From Macrostomum lignano (taxonomy: Eukaryota): a stretch of DNA of 64,000 bases. The DNA lies in NCBI GenBank assembly GCA_002269645.1, contig NIVC01000725.1, forward strand, positions 186,296 to 250,295, written 5' to 3'. Numbering within the stretch: position 1 is the first letter of the stretch; each line of letters begins with the position of its first letter. Of this stretch, positions 38,550-50,598 are shown one piece after another. The translations under genes were made by a program, and so were the position numbers. The notes under the pieces were generated by a model, which worked only from the letters and a program-made list of their open reading frames with translations, ran no database searches and was not told the origin of the DNA.

Positions 38550-39200
38550 CAAGTGACCCCTCAACACACTATCCCAGTTCAACTGACCTCTACAAGTCAG
38601 CTACCGAGGTTAAGTGACCCCCACAAATCAGCCGGTCAAGTGACCACAAATCAGCTACCGAGGTCAAGTGACCCCCACAAATCAGCTACCGAGGTCAAGA
38701 GACCACAAATCAGCTACCGAGGTCAAGTGACCCCTACAAATCAGCAACCGGAGTCAAGTGACCCCCACAAATCAGCTACCGAGGTCAAGAGACCTCAAAT
38801 CAGCTACTGAGGTCAAGTGACCCCCACAAATCAGCTACCGAGGTCAAGAGACCTCAAATCAGCTACTGAGGTCAAGTGACCCCCACAAATCAGCTACCGA
38901 GGTCAAGTGACCCCCACAAATCAGCTACCGAGGTCAAGAGACCTCAAATCAGCTACTGAGGTCAAGTGACCCCCACAAATCAGCTACCGAGGTCAAGAGA
39001 CCTCAAATCAGCTACTGAGGTCAAGTGACCCCACAAATCAGCTACCGAGGTCAAGAGACCTCAAATCAGCTACTGAGGTCAAGTGACCCCCACAAATCAG
39101 CTACCGAGGTCAAGAGACCTCAAATCAGCTACTGAGGTCAAGTGACCCCCACAAATCAGCTACCGAGGTCAAGTGACCCCCGACAAATCAGCTACTAAGG
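38550..39200. repeat. Two-unit alternating minisatellite directly 3' of SMIM15
   Basis: GAGGTCAAGTGACCCCCACAAATCAGCTACC alternates with GAGGTCAAGAGACCTCAAATCAGCTACT. Confidence 0.9.
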
Positions 39201-39232
39201 TCGTGACCCCTCCCGCCAGTTCAAACAAACGC

Positions 39233-39571
39233 TCAAGAATCTTTCTTAGCCCGAGACCGTTTAATATTGACCTCGCGCCGCTGCTTCCGCTTCTGGTCTT
39301 TCTCTTTGCTCTCGATGTCCTTGGCCAGCTTGTAGGCGCAGATGGCGCTCAGGATAAACAGGGGCGACAGCGCCAGCAGCACGTAGTACACAAACGACAT
39401 CGGGTTCTGGGCGGCGTACAGCAGCACCAGGCCGATGTTCTTTTTGGCCCAGCCGCTCCACGTAGAATCGTCGATGGCACTGAACAGCTTGCCCAGCTCG
39501 TCAGCGGCCTTCAACGGGTCGATACCGCCGGAGGCGCCGCCACCGCTAGCGTCTGATTGGCTTTCCGACAT
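39233..39571 (-). CDS. SMIM15: Small integral membrane protein 15 homolog, single coding exon
   Basis: YAAQNPMSFVYYVLLALSPLFILSAICAYKLAKDIESKEKDQKRKQRREVNI matches the SMIM15 family pattern (WAAKDPYGFL..LALTPLFLAS..WKLAKMIEAREKEQKKK). Confidence 0.9.
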   Translation of the reverse strand: MSESQSDASGGGASGGIDPLKAADELGKLFSAIDDSTWSGWAKKNIGLVLLYAAQNPMSFVYYVLLALSPLFILSAICAYKLAKDIESKEKDQKRKQRREVNIKRSRAKKDS

Positions 39572-39599
39572 GCCCACCGGCGCTGAGGGAGCGGCGGAG

Positions 39600-39795
39600 A
39601 AGAGGTCACGTGACCTCACGCGATTAGTGTCTGACCCGCCTAAATAAGTGAGGTCACGTGACCAACAAGAATAGTGTCTGACCCGCCTAAATAAGTGAGG
39701 TTGAGGTCACGTGACCAACAAGAATAGTGTCTGACCCGCCTAAATAAGTGAGGTCACGTGACCAACAAGAATAGTGTCTGACCTGCCTAAATAAA
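39600..39795. promoter_or_regulatory. ~47-bp repeat carrying four GGTCACGTGACC E-box palindromes upstream of SMIM15
   Basis: Palindromes at 39604, 39652, 39705, 39752. Confidence 0.5.
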
Positions 39796-40424
39796 TGAGA
39801 TTAGGCTGTATAGTGACTCCTATCTGGCCTAGTCAAGGGAGGACGACTGACCCCTCACTAAAAAGGCATAAAGTCAACGCAGAATGTCCGAAGACGCCAG
39901 GAATTGAACATGGCTTCAAATGTTTTTTTTTATTAGAAAAGCAGATAAACATATCGATAAATATTATACAAAGCAATGAAGCAGCTAGAATATACAGCAA
40001 TAAAAGACGCTGTATTTAAAAAAGCAAAAAATGATAACGTTAGAAAAGAACGCACTTATACTACATATTTATATTACTGCTGCTGCTGCTGCTGAGACAA
40101 TGATCCACCGATTAGAGTCGATGAGCAATTTCAATTCCAATACGAGTAAATCAGCACTGTAAACAATTGTAAATTATTATCATATAGAGAACAAGTCTAA
40201 TTACAGTGATACAACTAGTGTCAGAGGGCCAATTCTACATGCGGTTAAGCCTTGAATAGTTTGCTAATAAAAAGTGGTTAAATAACAAAATAAACTGATG
40301 CCTATTACGGCGGACGACATGCTTAAAAGTAATAATTTTAATTTAAAGTTAACAAAAAAAAATCAACAAACGGGAAAAGGACTCCGCGCACTTTATTAAT
40401 CTCTTTAACTGTCAAAGTGTTTCT

Positions 40425-41500
40425 ACATTCTGGGGCAGAGAATTTGTAGGGTTGTGACTGGGGCGGGTGTACATCCTGGGGCAGAGAATTTGTAGGGTTT
40501 GACTTGGGCGGGTGTACATCCTGGGGCAGAGAATTTGTAGGGTTGTGACTGGGGCGGGTGTACATCCTGGGACAGAGAATTTGTAGGGTTTGCGACTGGG
40601 GCGGGTGTACATCCTGGGGCAGAGAATTTGTAGGGTTGTGACTGGGGCGGGTGTACATTCTGGGACAGAGAATTTGTAGGGTTTGCGACTGGGGCGGGTG
40701 TACATCCTGGGGCAGAGAATTTGTAGGGTTGTGACTGGGGTGGGTGTACATTCTGGGGCAGAGAATTTGTAGGGTTTGCGACTGGGCGGGTGTACATCCT
40801 GGGGCAGAGAATTTGTAGGGTTGTGATTGGGGCGGGTGTACATTCTGGGGCAGAGAATTTGTAGGGTTTGCGACTGGGCGGGTGTACATCCTGGGGCAGA
40901 GAATTTGTAGGGTTGTGACTGGGGCGGGTGTACATTCTGGGGCAGAGAATTTGTAGGGTTTGCGACTAGGGGCGGGTGTACATCCTGGGGCAGAGAATTT
41001 GTAGGGTTGTGACTGGGGCGGGTGTACATCCTGGGACAGAGAATTTGTAGGGTTGTGATTGGGGCGGGTGTACATTCTGGGACAGAGAATTTGTAGGGTT
41101 GTGACTGGGGCGGGTGTACATCCTGGGACAGAGAATTTGTAGGGTTTGCGACTGGGGCGGGTGTACATCCTGGGGCAGAGAATTTGTAGGGTTGTGACTG
41201 GGGCGGGTGTACATCCTGGGGCAGAGAATTTGTAGGGTTTGACTTGGGCGGGTGTACATCCTGGGGTGGAGAATTTGTAGGGTTGTGACTGGAGCGGGTG
41301 TACATCCTGGGGCAAAGAATTTGTAGGGTTGTGACTGGAGCGGGTGTACATTCTGGGACAGACAATTTGTAGGGGCTGTGACTGGAGCGGGTGTACATCC
41401 TGGGGCAAAGAATTTGTAGGGTTGTGACTGGAGCGGGTGTACATTCTGGGACAGACAATTTGTAGGGGCTGTGACTGGAGCGGGTGTACATTCAGGGGCA
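40425..41500. repeat. ~46-bp G-rich minisatellite
   Basis: Unit CTGGGGCAGAGAATTTGTAGGGTTGTGACTGGGGCGGGTGTACAT(C/T). Confidence 0.95.
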
Positions 41501-42594
41501 GCGAATTGAAGTGTTATTGAGGCGCGTGTAAATTCCGATGGGCGACAACACAACTTAACAAATAAAAAGAGCTTTTTATTAAATTGAAAGTCAAATGAAC
41601 ACAGAAAAATGGATATAACAGTGAAGAAAAGTTATTTTAGATATCTTTAAAACACCGGTTAACATGGATAGTGTTATTATAATATTATTACAAAGCAAAC
41701 ATAAAAGTTTAAGGATAGAAAATATTTGTATTAGTACAGAGTCTATCTGCAAATAAAGATATAACATAACGCTGAGAAAGATTATAGCGAGAGGACTAGC
41801 ATGTTTTTTCATAAGAATGTTATTTAAGATATTAGAAACCGAGTCCTAGTTTCTAAAAATAGAATAAACAACATGTGCACGCGCAGGGTTTTGGGCCTGA
41901 GCGAATGAGCTAAAATTACGTTCTATAGTCATTCTTAAACTTGAATATAGCCTTCCATCATTGACGACTTTTAGCAGCAGACACAAGTACGCTCGTAAGA
42001 AAAGATTCCGATGGGGAACAGGATGTGAGGGTGTGGGGAAGATTGCGATGGGGAACAGAAGGGTGTGGGGAAAATTTCGATGGGGAAGAGGTGGCAAGAA
42101 TGGATAACAAAGATGCAGGAAACAGGGATGCAGGAAAATATGAAAACAAGAGTTAATAACAACAGGGGCATCAGATTCAGAACAAGCACAAAAAGGAAAT
42201 GATTGCAATTAGCAAACCAGTGAGATCAACTAACAATTGGGCGTGAAATGATGATGGCATGTCATGAGAGGTGCAGCAATTATTGTTAATAACTCATACA
42301 CAAATCTGTAAGTCAAGCGTTAGGGAAACCCAGATTATTGATAATAGTAGCTTACACAGTAATCAACAAGAGCAGCAACAATGTGCATAATACTGACATA
42401 AAGGAAGCCGAACAGGACTACTCAAAATTGTAGGCAAGTCTCGAGCTGCCTGTGGAAACTCAAACCTAACCCAGGAAATGAAATTCTTTGCATCGGCAAG
42501 GAAAACAAAACTTGGTTGTCAAAGCGTAAAAAACCGTGAACTACTGTATACTACTGAGATGACTTTTATTCAGTAGTACTTTAACACAATTATG

Positions 42595-43250
42595 TGGCAG
42601 TGTACAGTGTGGGGTGGCGGGGGAGGGCGGGGTTACTCTGAGGGTCGAGTGTACAGTGTGGGGTGGCGGGGCAGGGCGGGGTTACTCTGAGGGTCGAGTG
42701 TACAGTGAGGTGCCGGGGCAGGGCGGGGGTTACTCTGAGGGTCGAGTGTACAGTGTGGCTTGGCGGGGCAGGTCGGGGGTTACTCTGAGGGTCGAGTGTA
42801 CAGTGTGGGTTGGCGGGGCAGGGCGGGGGTTACTCTGAGGGTCGAGTGTACAGTGTGGCTTGGCGGGGCAGGGCGGGGGTTACTCTGAGGGTCGAGTGTA
42901 CAGTGTGGCTTGGCGGGGCAGGTCGGGGGTTACTCTGATGGCCAGTATACAGTGTGGGGTGCCGGGGCAGGGAGGGGTTATTCCTGAGGGCCGAGTGTAC
43001 AGTGTGGAGTGGCGGGGCAGGGCGGGGGTTACTCTGAGGGTCGAGTGTACAGTGTGGGGTGCCGGAGCAGGGCTGAGTTACTCTGATGGCCAGTGTACAG
43101 TGTGGGGTGCCGGGGCAGGGCGGGGTTACTCTGATGGCCAGTGTACAGTGTGGGGTGCCGGGGCAGGGCGGGGTTACTCTGATGGCCAGTGTACAGTGTG
43201 GGGTGCCGGGGCAGGGAGGGGTTATTCCTGAGGGCCGAGTGTACAGTGTG
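42595..43250. repeat. ~48-50-bp G-rich minisatellite
   Basis: GTGTACAGTGTGGGGTGCCGGGGCAGGGCGGGGGTTACTCTGAGGGTCGA variants. Confidence 0.9.
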
Positions 43251-43299
43251 ACCTCGGTCAGCTAAATCTAAAAAAAATAGAGAGCAGAGAGCAGTGAAG

Positions 43300-46200
43300 C
43301 TACAGCCGGTGCTGGTTGTTGGACCCCAGGCGGCCCCGTGCTTGGTTCAGTGGGGGTGGCGGCGGCGGCGGCGCTGGCGGCTCCGGAGGCGGGGGAGGTG
43401 GAGCGGGCAGCTGCTGTTGCTGCGCGGCAGAGCCCTGGCTGGAGCCGCTGTCACTGGAGATTCTGTGATGCTCCAAGCCAGCAGGGTCGGGCAGCATAAC
43501 TATGCTGTTGACTTTCTGCTTGAGCTCCGAGTCGCTCAGGCGGATTTTGGTCAGGTCCAGCAGGTTCATAGTGTTGCGGGCTCGGCTACTCACGCAGTAG
43601 GCTTCGATCACCTGAGGTGCGGGCGGCGGGTACATGAATCTCAGGGCATAGACATCTCATATTAAGAACACGAATCTCACCGGTCACCCCTAGGACACAA
43701 ATCTCATCTTTAGAACACGAATTTCCCCCTAGGACACAAATCTGATCCTTAGGACACAAATCTAATCCTCAGGACACAAATCTCATCTTTGGAACACGAA
43801 ACTCACCCCTAGGACACAAATCGCATCCCTAAAACACGAATCTCACCCCGAGGATACAGATCTAATTTTTGGAACACGAATCTCACCACTAGGACACACA
43901 CTCATCTTTAGAACACGAATCTCACCCCAAGGACACAAATCGCATTCCTAAAGCACGAATCTTACCCTAGGACACAAATCCCATCTTTAGAATACGAATC
44001 TCACCCCAGGACGCAAATCTCATTTTTAGAACACGAATCTTACACAAATCTTATCTTTAAAACATGAATCCACCCCTAGGACACAAATCTCACCCTTAGG
44101 ACACAAGTGTCTAATACTAAGCCAAGCCAGCCCATACGCATGAGAACGCACCTGCAGAATTAGCATATCGTCTTCCAGAGCCTCCTTGCTAGCCTGAGCG
44201 GCCAGCATGTGCTGCTGCAGCTGCTGCTGATCCGAACTCGCCAGCCTTGCCGACTCTTTTCGCGACAGCTTGCGGGACGACCTGGTCAGGGGAGGGCCAA
44301 ATGGTGGGGATGCATGACATACTGCTAGTATTTTATCTCTGTAACTACCGATATGTATTGAGTTAAACAGTAGAAAGTTTCACCGCATAAGAAATTATTG
44401 AATGCGAATCATTATTAAAATTTTATAATAATTCAAGCCGCAATCTGATGTTGACAACAGGATTTTACCGCGTTTCGGCCTGTCTTATCTTTAACATCTC
44501 ACCCATCAGGACACGAATCAAAGCCATCGGGACACGAATCTCACCCATCGGGACACGAATCTCACCCATCAGGACATGAATCTCACCCATCGGGACATGA
44601 ATCTCACCCATCAGGACACGAATCAAAGCCATCGGGACACGAATCTCACCCATCGGGACACGAATCTCACCCATCAGGACATGAATCTTACCCATCAGGA
44701 CATGAATCTCACCCATCAGGACATGAATCTCACCGATCATGACGCGAATCTAACCCATCGGGACACGAATCTCACCCTTCATGACGCGAATCTCACCCAT
44801 CGGGACACGAATCTCACCCTTCATGACGCGAATCTCACCCATTGGGACACGAATCTCACCCTTCGTGACGCGAATCTCACCCATCGGGACTCGAATCTCT
44901 CACACCCGAGACACGATCTCTCAAACCCGAGACACGAATCTCTCACACATGAGACACGAATATCTCACACACGAGACACGAATATCTCACACGAGACACG
45001 AATATTGCACACGAGACACGAATATCTCACACGAGACACGAATATTGCACATGAGACACGAATATCTCACACGAGACACGAATATTGCACACGAGACACG
45101 AATATCTCACACGAGACACGAATATTGCACACATGAGACACGAATATCTCACACGAGACACGAATATTGCACACGAGACACGAATATCTCACACGAGACA
45201 CGAATATCTCACACACGAGACACGAATATCTCACCCAGAACACGAATATCTCACACACAGGACACGAATATCTCACCCAGAACACGAATATCTCACACAC
45301 AGGACACGAATATCTCACACCCAGGACACGAATATCTCACACACAGGACACGAATATCTCACACACAGGACACGAATCTCAAAGCTAATGACATAAATCT
45401 CACACCTAAAGAGACAAATAGAAAACTAAGGATATATCTCACACCTAGGTCTCATATCGAATAATTGAATTTAAATGAAGTTTTAAAGAGTGCCCAAACT
45501 ACAATGCGCAGCTCTTATTATTAATATTCATTTTCTCTCATTATAATAATGACAGCGAACAATCAGTGCGAAGATATCTAAATAACAAGTCGAGCAACCA
45601 GTCCATATAGTTTAATGATAAGTTGTCTTGCTTACAAATTGGCGACAATCACTTCCTAATCTCTAGCCATTTGGCAGCTGCGATTTTGTATTAGATGATA
45701 GTGTAACAGCTGAAAACAAAAGCTGAATCATGCAGGTGTCAGATGAGAGGCTACAGTGCCAATGCCTCTAGGTTAAGCTGCATGTGAGGTCTGCTTAATT
45801 AAATATGCATAATCAATTATTTTGACAAATACTGATTGCAAAATAACTAAACTAGCACAACACTGACCAACGCCTTGGATTTCTGAAATCAATAAATCAA
45901 GGAAATAATAGCGCTATTTGTCATATAATAACGAGTAACAAAGCTACAGTGTAGCCACCCCTGCAACTGGGGATCTGGGATCAGCCTGGGGATCTGTGAT
46001 CAGCCTGAGGATCTGGGATCAGCCTGAGGATCTGGGATCAGCCTGAGGATCTGGGATCAGCCTGAGGATCTGGGATCAGCCTGAGGATATGGGATCAGTC
46101 TGAGGATCTTAGATCAGCCTGAGGATATAGGATCAGTCTGAGGATCTTAGATCAGTCTGAGGATCTAGGATCAGCCTGAGGATCTTAGATCAGCCTGAGG

Positions 46201-49071
46201 ATCTGGGATCAGTCTGAGGATCTGGGATCAGCCTGAGGATCTGGAATCAGTCTGAGGATCAGGGATCAGTCTGGGGATCTAAGATCAGCCTGAGGATCGG
46301 GGATCAGACTGGGGATCTGTGATCAGCCTGAGGATCTGGGATCAGCCTGGGGATCTGGGATCAGCCTGGGAATCTGTGATCAGCCTGGGGATCTGTGATC
46401 AGCCTGGGGATCTGGGATCAGCCTGGGAATCTGTGATCAGCCTGGGGATCTGGGATCAGACTGGGGATCTGTGATTAGCCTGGGGATCTGTGATCAGCCT
46501 GAGGATCTGGGATCAGCCTGAGGATCTGGGATCAGCCTGGGGATCTGGGATCAGCCTGGGAATCTGGGATCAGCCTGGGGATCTGGGATCAGCCTGAGGA
46601 TCTGGGATCAGCCTGAGAATCTGGGATCAGTCTGGAGATCTGGGATCAGCCTGAGGATCTGGGATCAGTCTGGGGATCTGGGATCAGTCTGGGGATCTGG
46701 GATCAGCCTGAGGATCGGGGATTAGTCTCGGGATCTGGGATCAGTCTGAGGATCTGGGATTAGTCTGGGGATCTTAGATCAGCCTGAGGATCTGGGATCA
46801 GTCTGAGGATCTGGGATCAGCCTGAGGATCTTGGATGAGCCTGAGGATCTGGGATCAGTCTGGGGATCTGGGATCAGTCTGGGGATCTGGGATCAGTCTG
46901 AGGATCTGGGATCAGTCTGAGGATCGGGGATCAGCCTGAGGATCGGGGATCAGTCTGGGGATCTGGGGATCTGGGATCAGCCTGATGATCTGGGATCAGC
47001 CTGAGGATCTGGGATCAGTCTGGGGATCGGGGATCAGTCTGAGGATCGGGGATCAGTCTGGGGATCTGGGATCAGTCTCAGTCTCACCTCGGGGACTCGC
47101 GGATGGCTGCTGCAAGTTTGGGCGTCACAGGCGGTGCCGGCCGCAGCTGAAGGTTGCCGCAGCTGCCTCCGCCGACGGGACGGTAAGGCGACGCTCCGGC
47201 GGCCGCCGTCGAGGAGGCAACATGGTTGCCATGGTGATGTCCATGCTGTAGCTGCTGTTGATGCTGCCGGCCGCCGCTGCCAACACCCCGAGCTGCTGGC
47301 AGCTTGGCGCCAGAATCCGCAGCGCTGCTGTGGCTCCGCTCAAGGCTGTGGGAGCCGCCGGCGCCGCGCGGCAAGCTGAAGGACTGGTACGATACCACGC
47401 CGGCGCCGTTGCCTCCGGCGCGTCCGCGCGACGCAGCGTCGCCAGCGGAGTTGTCCACGCCCGGCAGACTCTGACAGCTCTGGATGGTGCTCAGCCACTT
47501 GTCTAGCCAAGCTTTGGACGGGCAGACAAACACCTGCCGGTCTGAGCTGTCGTATACCTGTTGGTTGTTAGCCGATATGTAGTGCAACTTCAGCCGGGAA
47601 AATATAGCTGGGCATTTTAAGCTACTAAGTAAGTAGTATATGTGATAAAAAAGTAGCGAGATGTGTTCAGCTCACCGGATCTTCGTCCGCAGCCGACACG
47701 ACCTGGAATGCGTTTTCGATAGCGTCAACCCTGGCAACGCCGATGCTGGCCAGATGGAATTTGGTGTCGAAGGAGCAGCTGCGCAGGTCGCCGCCGCTGC
47801 CAACGGCCAGCACGATCAGGTGCTTAGAGAACAGCAGCAACAGCCGGTCTTCGAAGGTGCCGTCTGGGGTGAACCGCCTGGCCACTCCCGTCACCAGCGG
47901 CTGGCCGAGGCTGCTTGGCGGCGGCAGGTCCGACGGCCAATTGGACGGTTGTCGGCCGCGGACAAGCAGCTCGGCTTCGGCCTCCTTGAGTCGGCGAGCC
48001 TCGGAGCAATCGCGGGACAGCTCAGCGAGTGCAGCCGCGGCGGCACTGGTGGCCTCTCTGTGCGGAATTTTGGAATTGATTTATTAATAAGGATGTCGAT
48101 GGGAATGTGTCAGTTACGATTTCGATGGGAATGTCGGTTAGGATGTCGATGGGAATGTCGGTTAGGATGTCGATGGGAAACTGTCGGTTACGATGTCGAT
48201 GGGAATGTGTCGGTTAGGATGTCGATGGGAATATGTCGGTTAGGATGTCGATGGGAATGGGAATGTGTCGGTTAGGATGTCGATGGGAATGTGTCGGTTA
48301 GGATGTCGATGGGAATGTGTCGGTTAGGATGTCGATGGGAATGTGTCGGTTAGGATGTCGATGGGAATATGTCGGTTAGGATGTCGATGGGAATGTGTCG
48401 GTTAGGATGTCGATGGGAATGTGTCGGTTAGGATGTCGATGGGAATGTGTCGGTTAGGATGTCGATGGGAAACTGTCGGTTAGGATGTCGATGGGAAACT
48501 GTCGGTTAGGATGTCGATGGGAACATGTCGGTTAGGATGTCGATGGAATTGTTTCACTAAAATGCTAAATCCTTTGCGAATGATGAGAGTGATATAAAAA
48601 TTAATGTGCACCTGTCTGGGTGGCCCTCCTCCAGATACTTGTACAGCTCGGCCAGCAGAGGCTGGTATCTCTCCAGCGTGTGCAACGGCCCGGCCAGATA
48701 AGCTCTTAAACTGGCCAGAGTGAAGGTGAACGAGCAGGTGTGAAACAGGTGATTGAGGCTGGACTGTTCCAGGTTGGCGCTGACCAGGGGCAGCAGTCGG
48801 TGGTAGGCCAGGTAGTGCTGGCGGACTGCTGCACAGGCGGTCAGCAGCTCGCGGCCGGCCATCCGTCTGGCGATCTTCGTTCGGCCGGCCGCGTCAAAGG
48901 CGGTAGCGAGGCCGTGGTGGACAGAGTGCATCGCCTGCGGAGGCGGCGGCAAGGTGGGAGCGGGGTTGTGAAAACAGACAGACAAACAGACACACAGAGA
49001 CAGACAGAGACAGACAGACAGACAGACAGACACAGAGCCAGACAGACAGACACAGAGACAGACAGACAGAC

Positions 49072-49134
<63 letters not shown>

Positions 49135-49135
49135 C

Positions 49136-49188
<53 letters not shown>

Positions 49189-49189
49189 A

Positions 49190-49232
<43 letters not shown>

Positions 49233-50598
49233 GACAGGCAAGAGCAGCCGCAGAGAGCTGGCTATTACCTGAACGCACTCCCGCAGTCGCCGGAAAGGCT
49301 CGGCAAGGCGGGCCAGCAGCTTGTCAATCAGCTCCTGCAGACAGGCGGACAGGCAGTAGAGCTCGGCGCAGTAGCGGCGCTCCTGCTCGGCGAGATTTTG
49401 AATCACCACAGAGTGGCATTCCACCGCCTGGCTGGTGGCGCGGGAGGCCCGGGACGGCTGCTGATTTGATCGATTTGAAGCGATTTCCGCACCTACACTA
49501 CTGTTAGTAGCGGAGCAGTGGGGGGATTGATTATGACGACTTTTGACGACTTGGAAAGGCATGGGGGCATTAGTGAAAAAGTAGATGTGTCTCATAGAGA
49601 TCCTGGCAGGGACGGTAGGGACAGTGGAGAATGCCGGGAAGAGACAGTGAGAATGCCGGGTAGAGACAGCGAGAATGCCGGGTAGAGACAGTGGAGAATG
49701 CCGGGTAGAGACAGTGGAGAATGCCGGGTAGAGACAGTGGAGAATGCCGGGTAGAGACAGTGAGAATGCCGGGTAAAGACAGTGAGAATGCCGGGTAGAG
49801 ACAGTGAGAATGCCGGGAAGAGACAGTGGAGAATGCCAGGGAGAGACATTGAGAATGCCGGGTAGAGACAGTGAGAATGCCAGGGAGAGACATTGAGAAT
49901 GCCGGGTAGAGACAGTGAGAATGCCGGGTAGAGACAGTGAGAATGCCAGGTAGAGAAGTGAGAATGCCGGGTAGAGATAGTGAGAATGCCAGGTAGAGAC
50001 AGTGAGAATGCCGGGTAGAGACAGTGAGAATGCCGGGTAGAGACAGTGAGAATGCCAGGTAGAGAAGTGAGAATGCCGGGTAGAGATAGTGAGAATGCCA
50101 GGTAGAGACAGTGAGAATGCCGGGTAGAGACAGTGAGAATGCCAGGTAGAGAAGTGAGAATGCCGGGTGGAGACAGTGAGAATGCCGGATAGAGACAGTG
50201 AGAATGCCAGGTAGAGACAGTGAGAATGCCGGGTAGAGACAGTGAGAATGCCAGGTAGAGACAGTGAGAATTCCGGGTGGAGACACCTACCCTGCCCGAT
50301 TGTCGCCTCTATCGTCCAGGAGCGGCGGTGGCGGCTGCGGCGGCTGAGCTGACAGGTGACTGAGGGCGTCCAAACGAGTCACATAGTTAGAGGGAAACCA
50401 GCCAGTTCTGCCGCCTGAGCTGCCCTCCCACCAGCCGCCGTCCATCATGCAGGTGACAGTGATGATATCGCCGCCTCTGAATGACAATTCGTCAGTGTGT
50501 GTGGCGGTGAAATCAAATAAAGCGGAGACTTGAAGAGGCTGTTGCAGCGGCTGATGTTGCTGTTGCAGCCGTTGGAGCTGGTGATGCTCGGATGTCAT
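43300..50598 (-). CDS. ARHGEF7: Beta-PIX-like RhoGEF (SH3-DH-PH-GIT-binding)
   Basis: Exons 50291-50598 (SH3: [28 protein letters not shown]), 49269-49602, 48612-48934 (DH: [11 protein letters not shown]), 47676-48057, 47088-47587 (PH; LRPAPP), 44152-44281 and 43300-43611 ([16 protein letters not shown], the PIX GIT-binding motif). One junction (47088/44281) is out of phase. Confidence 0.85.
43670..45450. repeat. Related ~20-21-bp intronic arrays on both sides of a small exon
   Basis: GGACACGAATCTCACCC and CACGAGACACGAATATCTCA variants. Confidence 0.85.
45965..47085. repeat. 20-bp intronic minisatellite
   Basis: Unit GATCAGCCTGAGGATCTGGG. Confidence 0.95.
48090..48545. repeat. ~26-bp intronic minisatellite
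   Basis: Unit GGTTAGGATGTCGATGGGAATGTGTC. Confidence 0.95.
48975..49240. repeat. (GACA)n microsatellite
   Basis: Direct reading; another (GACA)-rich tract lies at 55240-55600. Confidence 0.95.
49620..50285. repeat. ~22-bp intronic minisatellite
   Basis: Unit GAGAATGCCGGGTAGAGACAGT. Confidence 0.95.

Noticed and set aside
38550-39200. Nuclear-receptor response element array (AGGTCAagTGACC)
   Set aside because: The spacing is non-canonical and the array lies 3' of SMIM15; best treated as a plain minisatellite.
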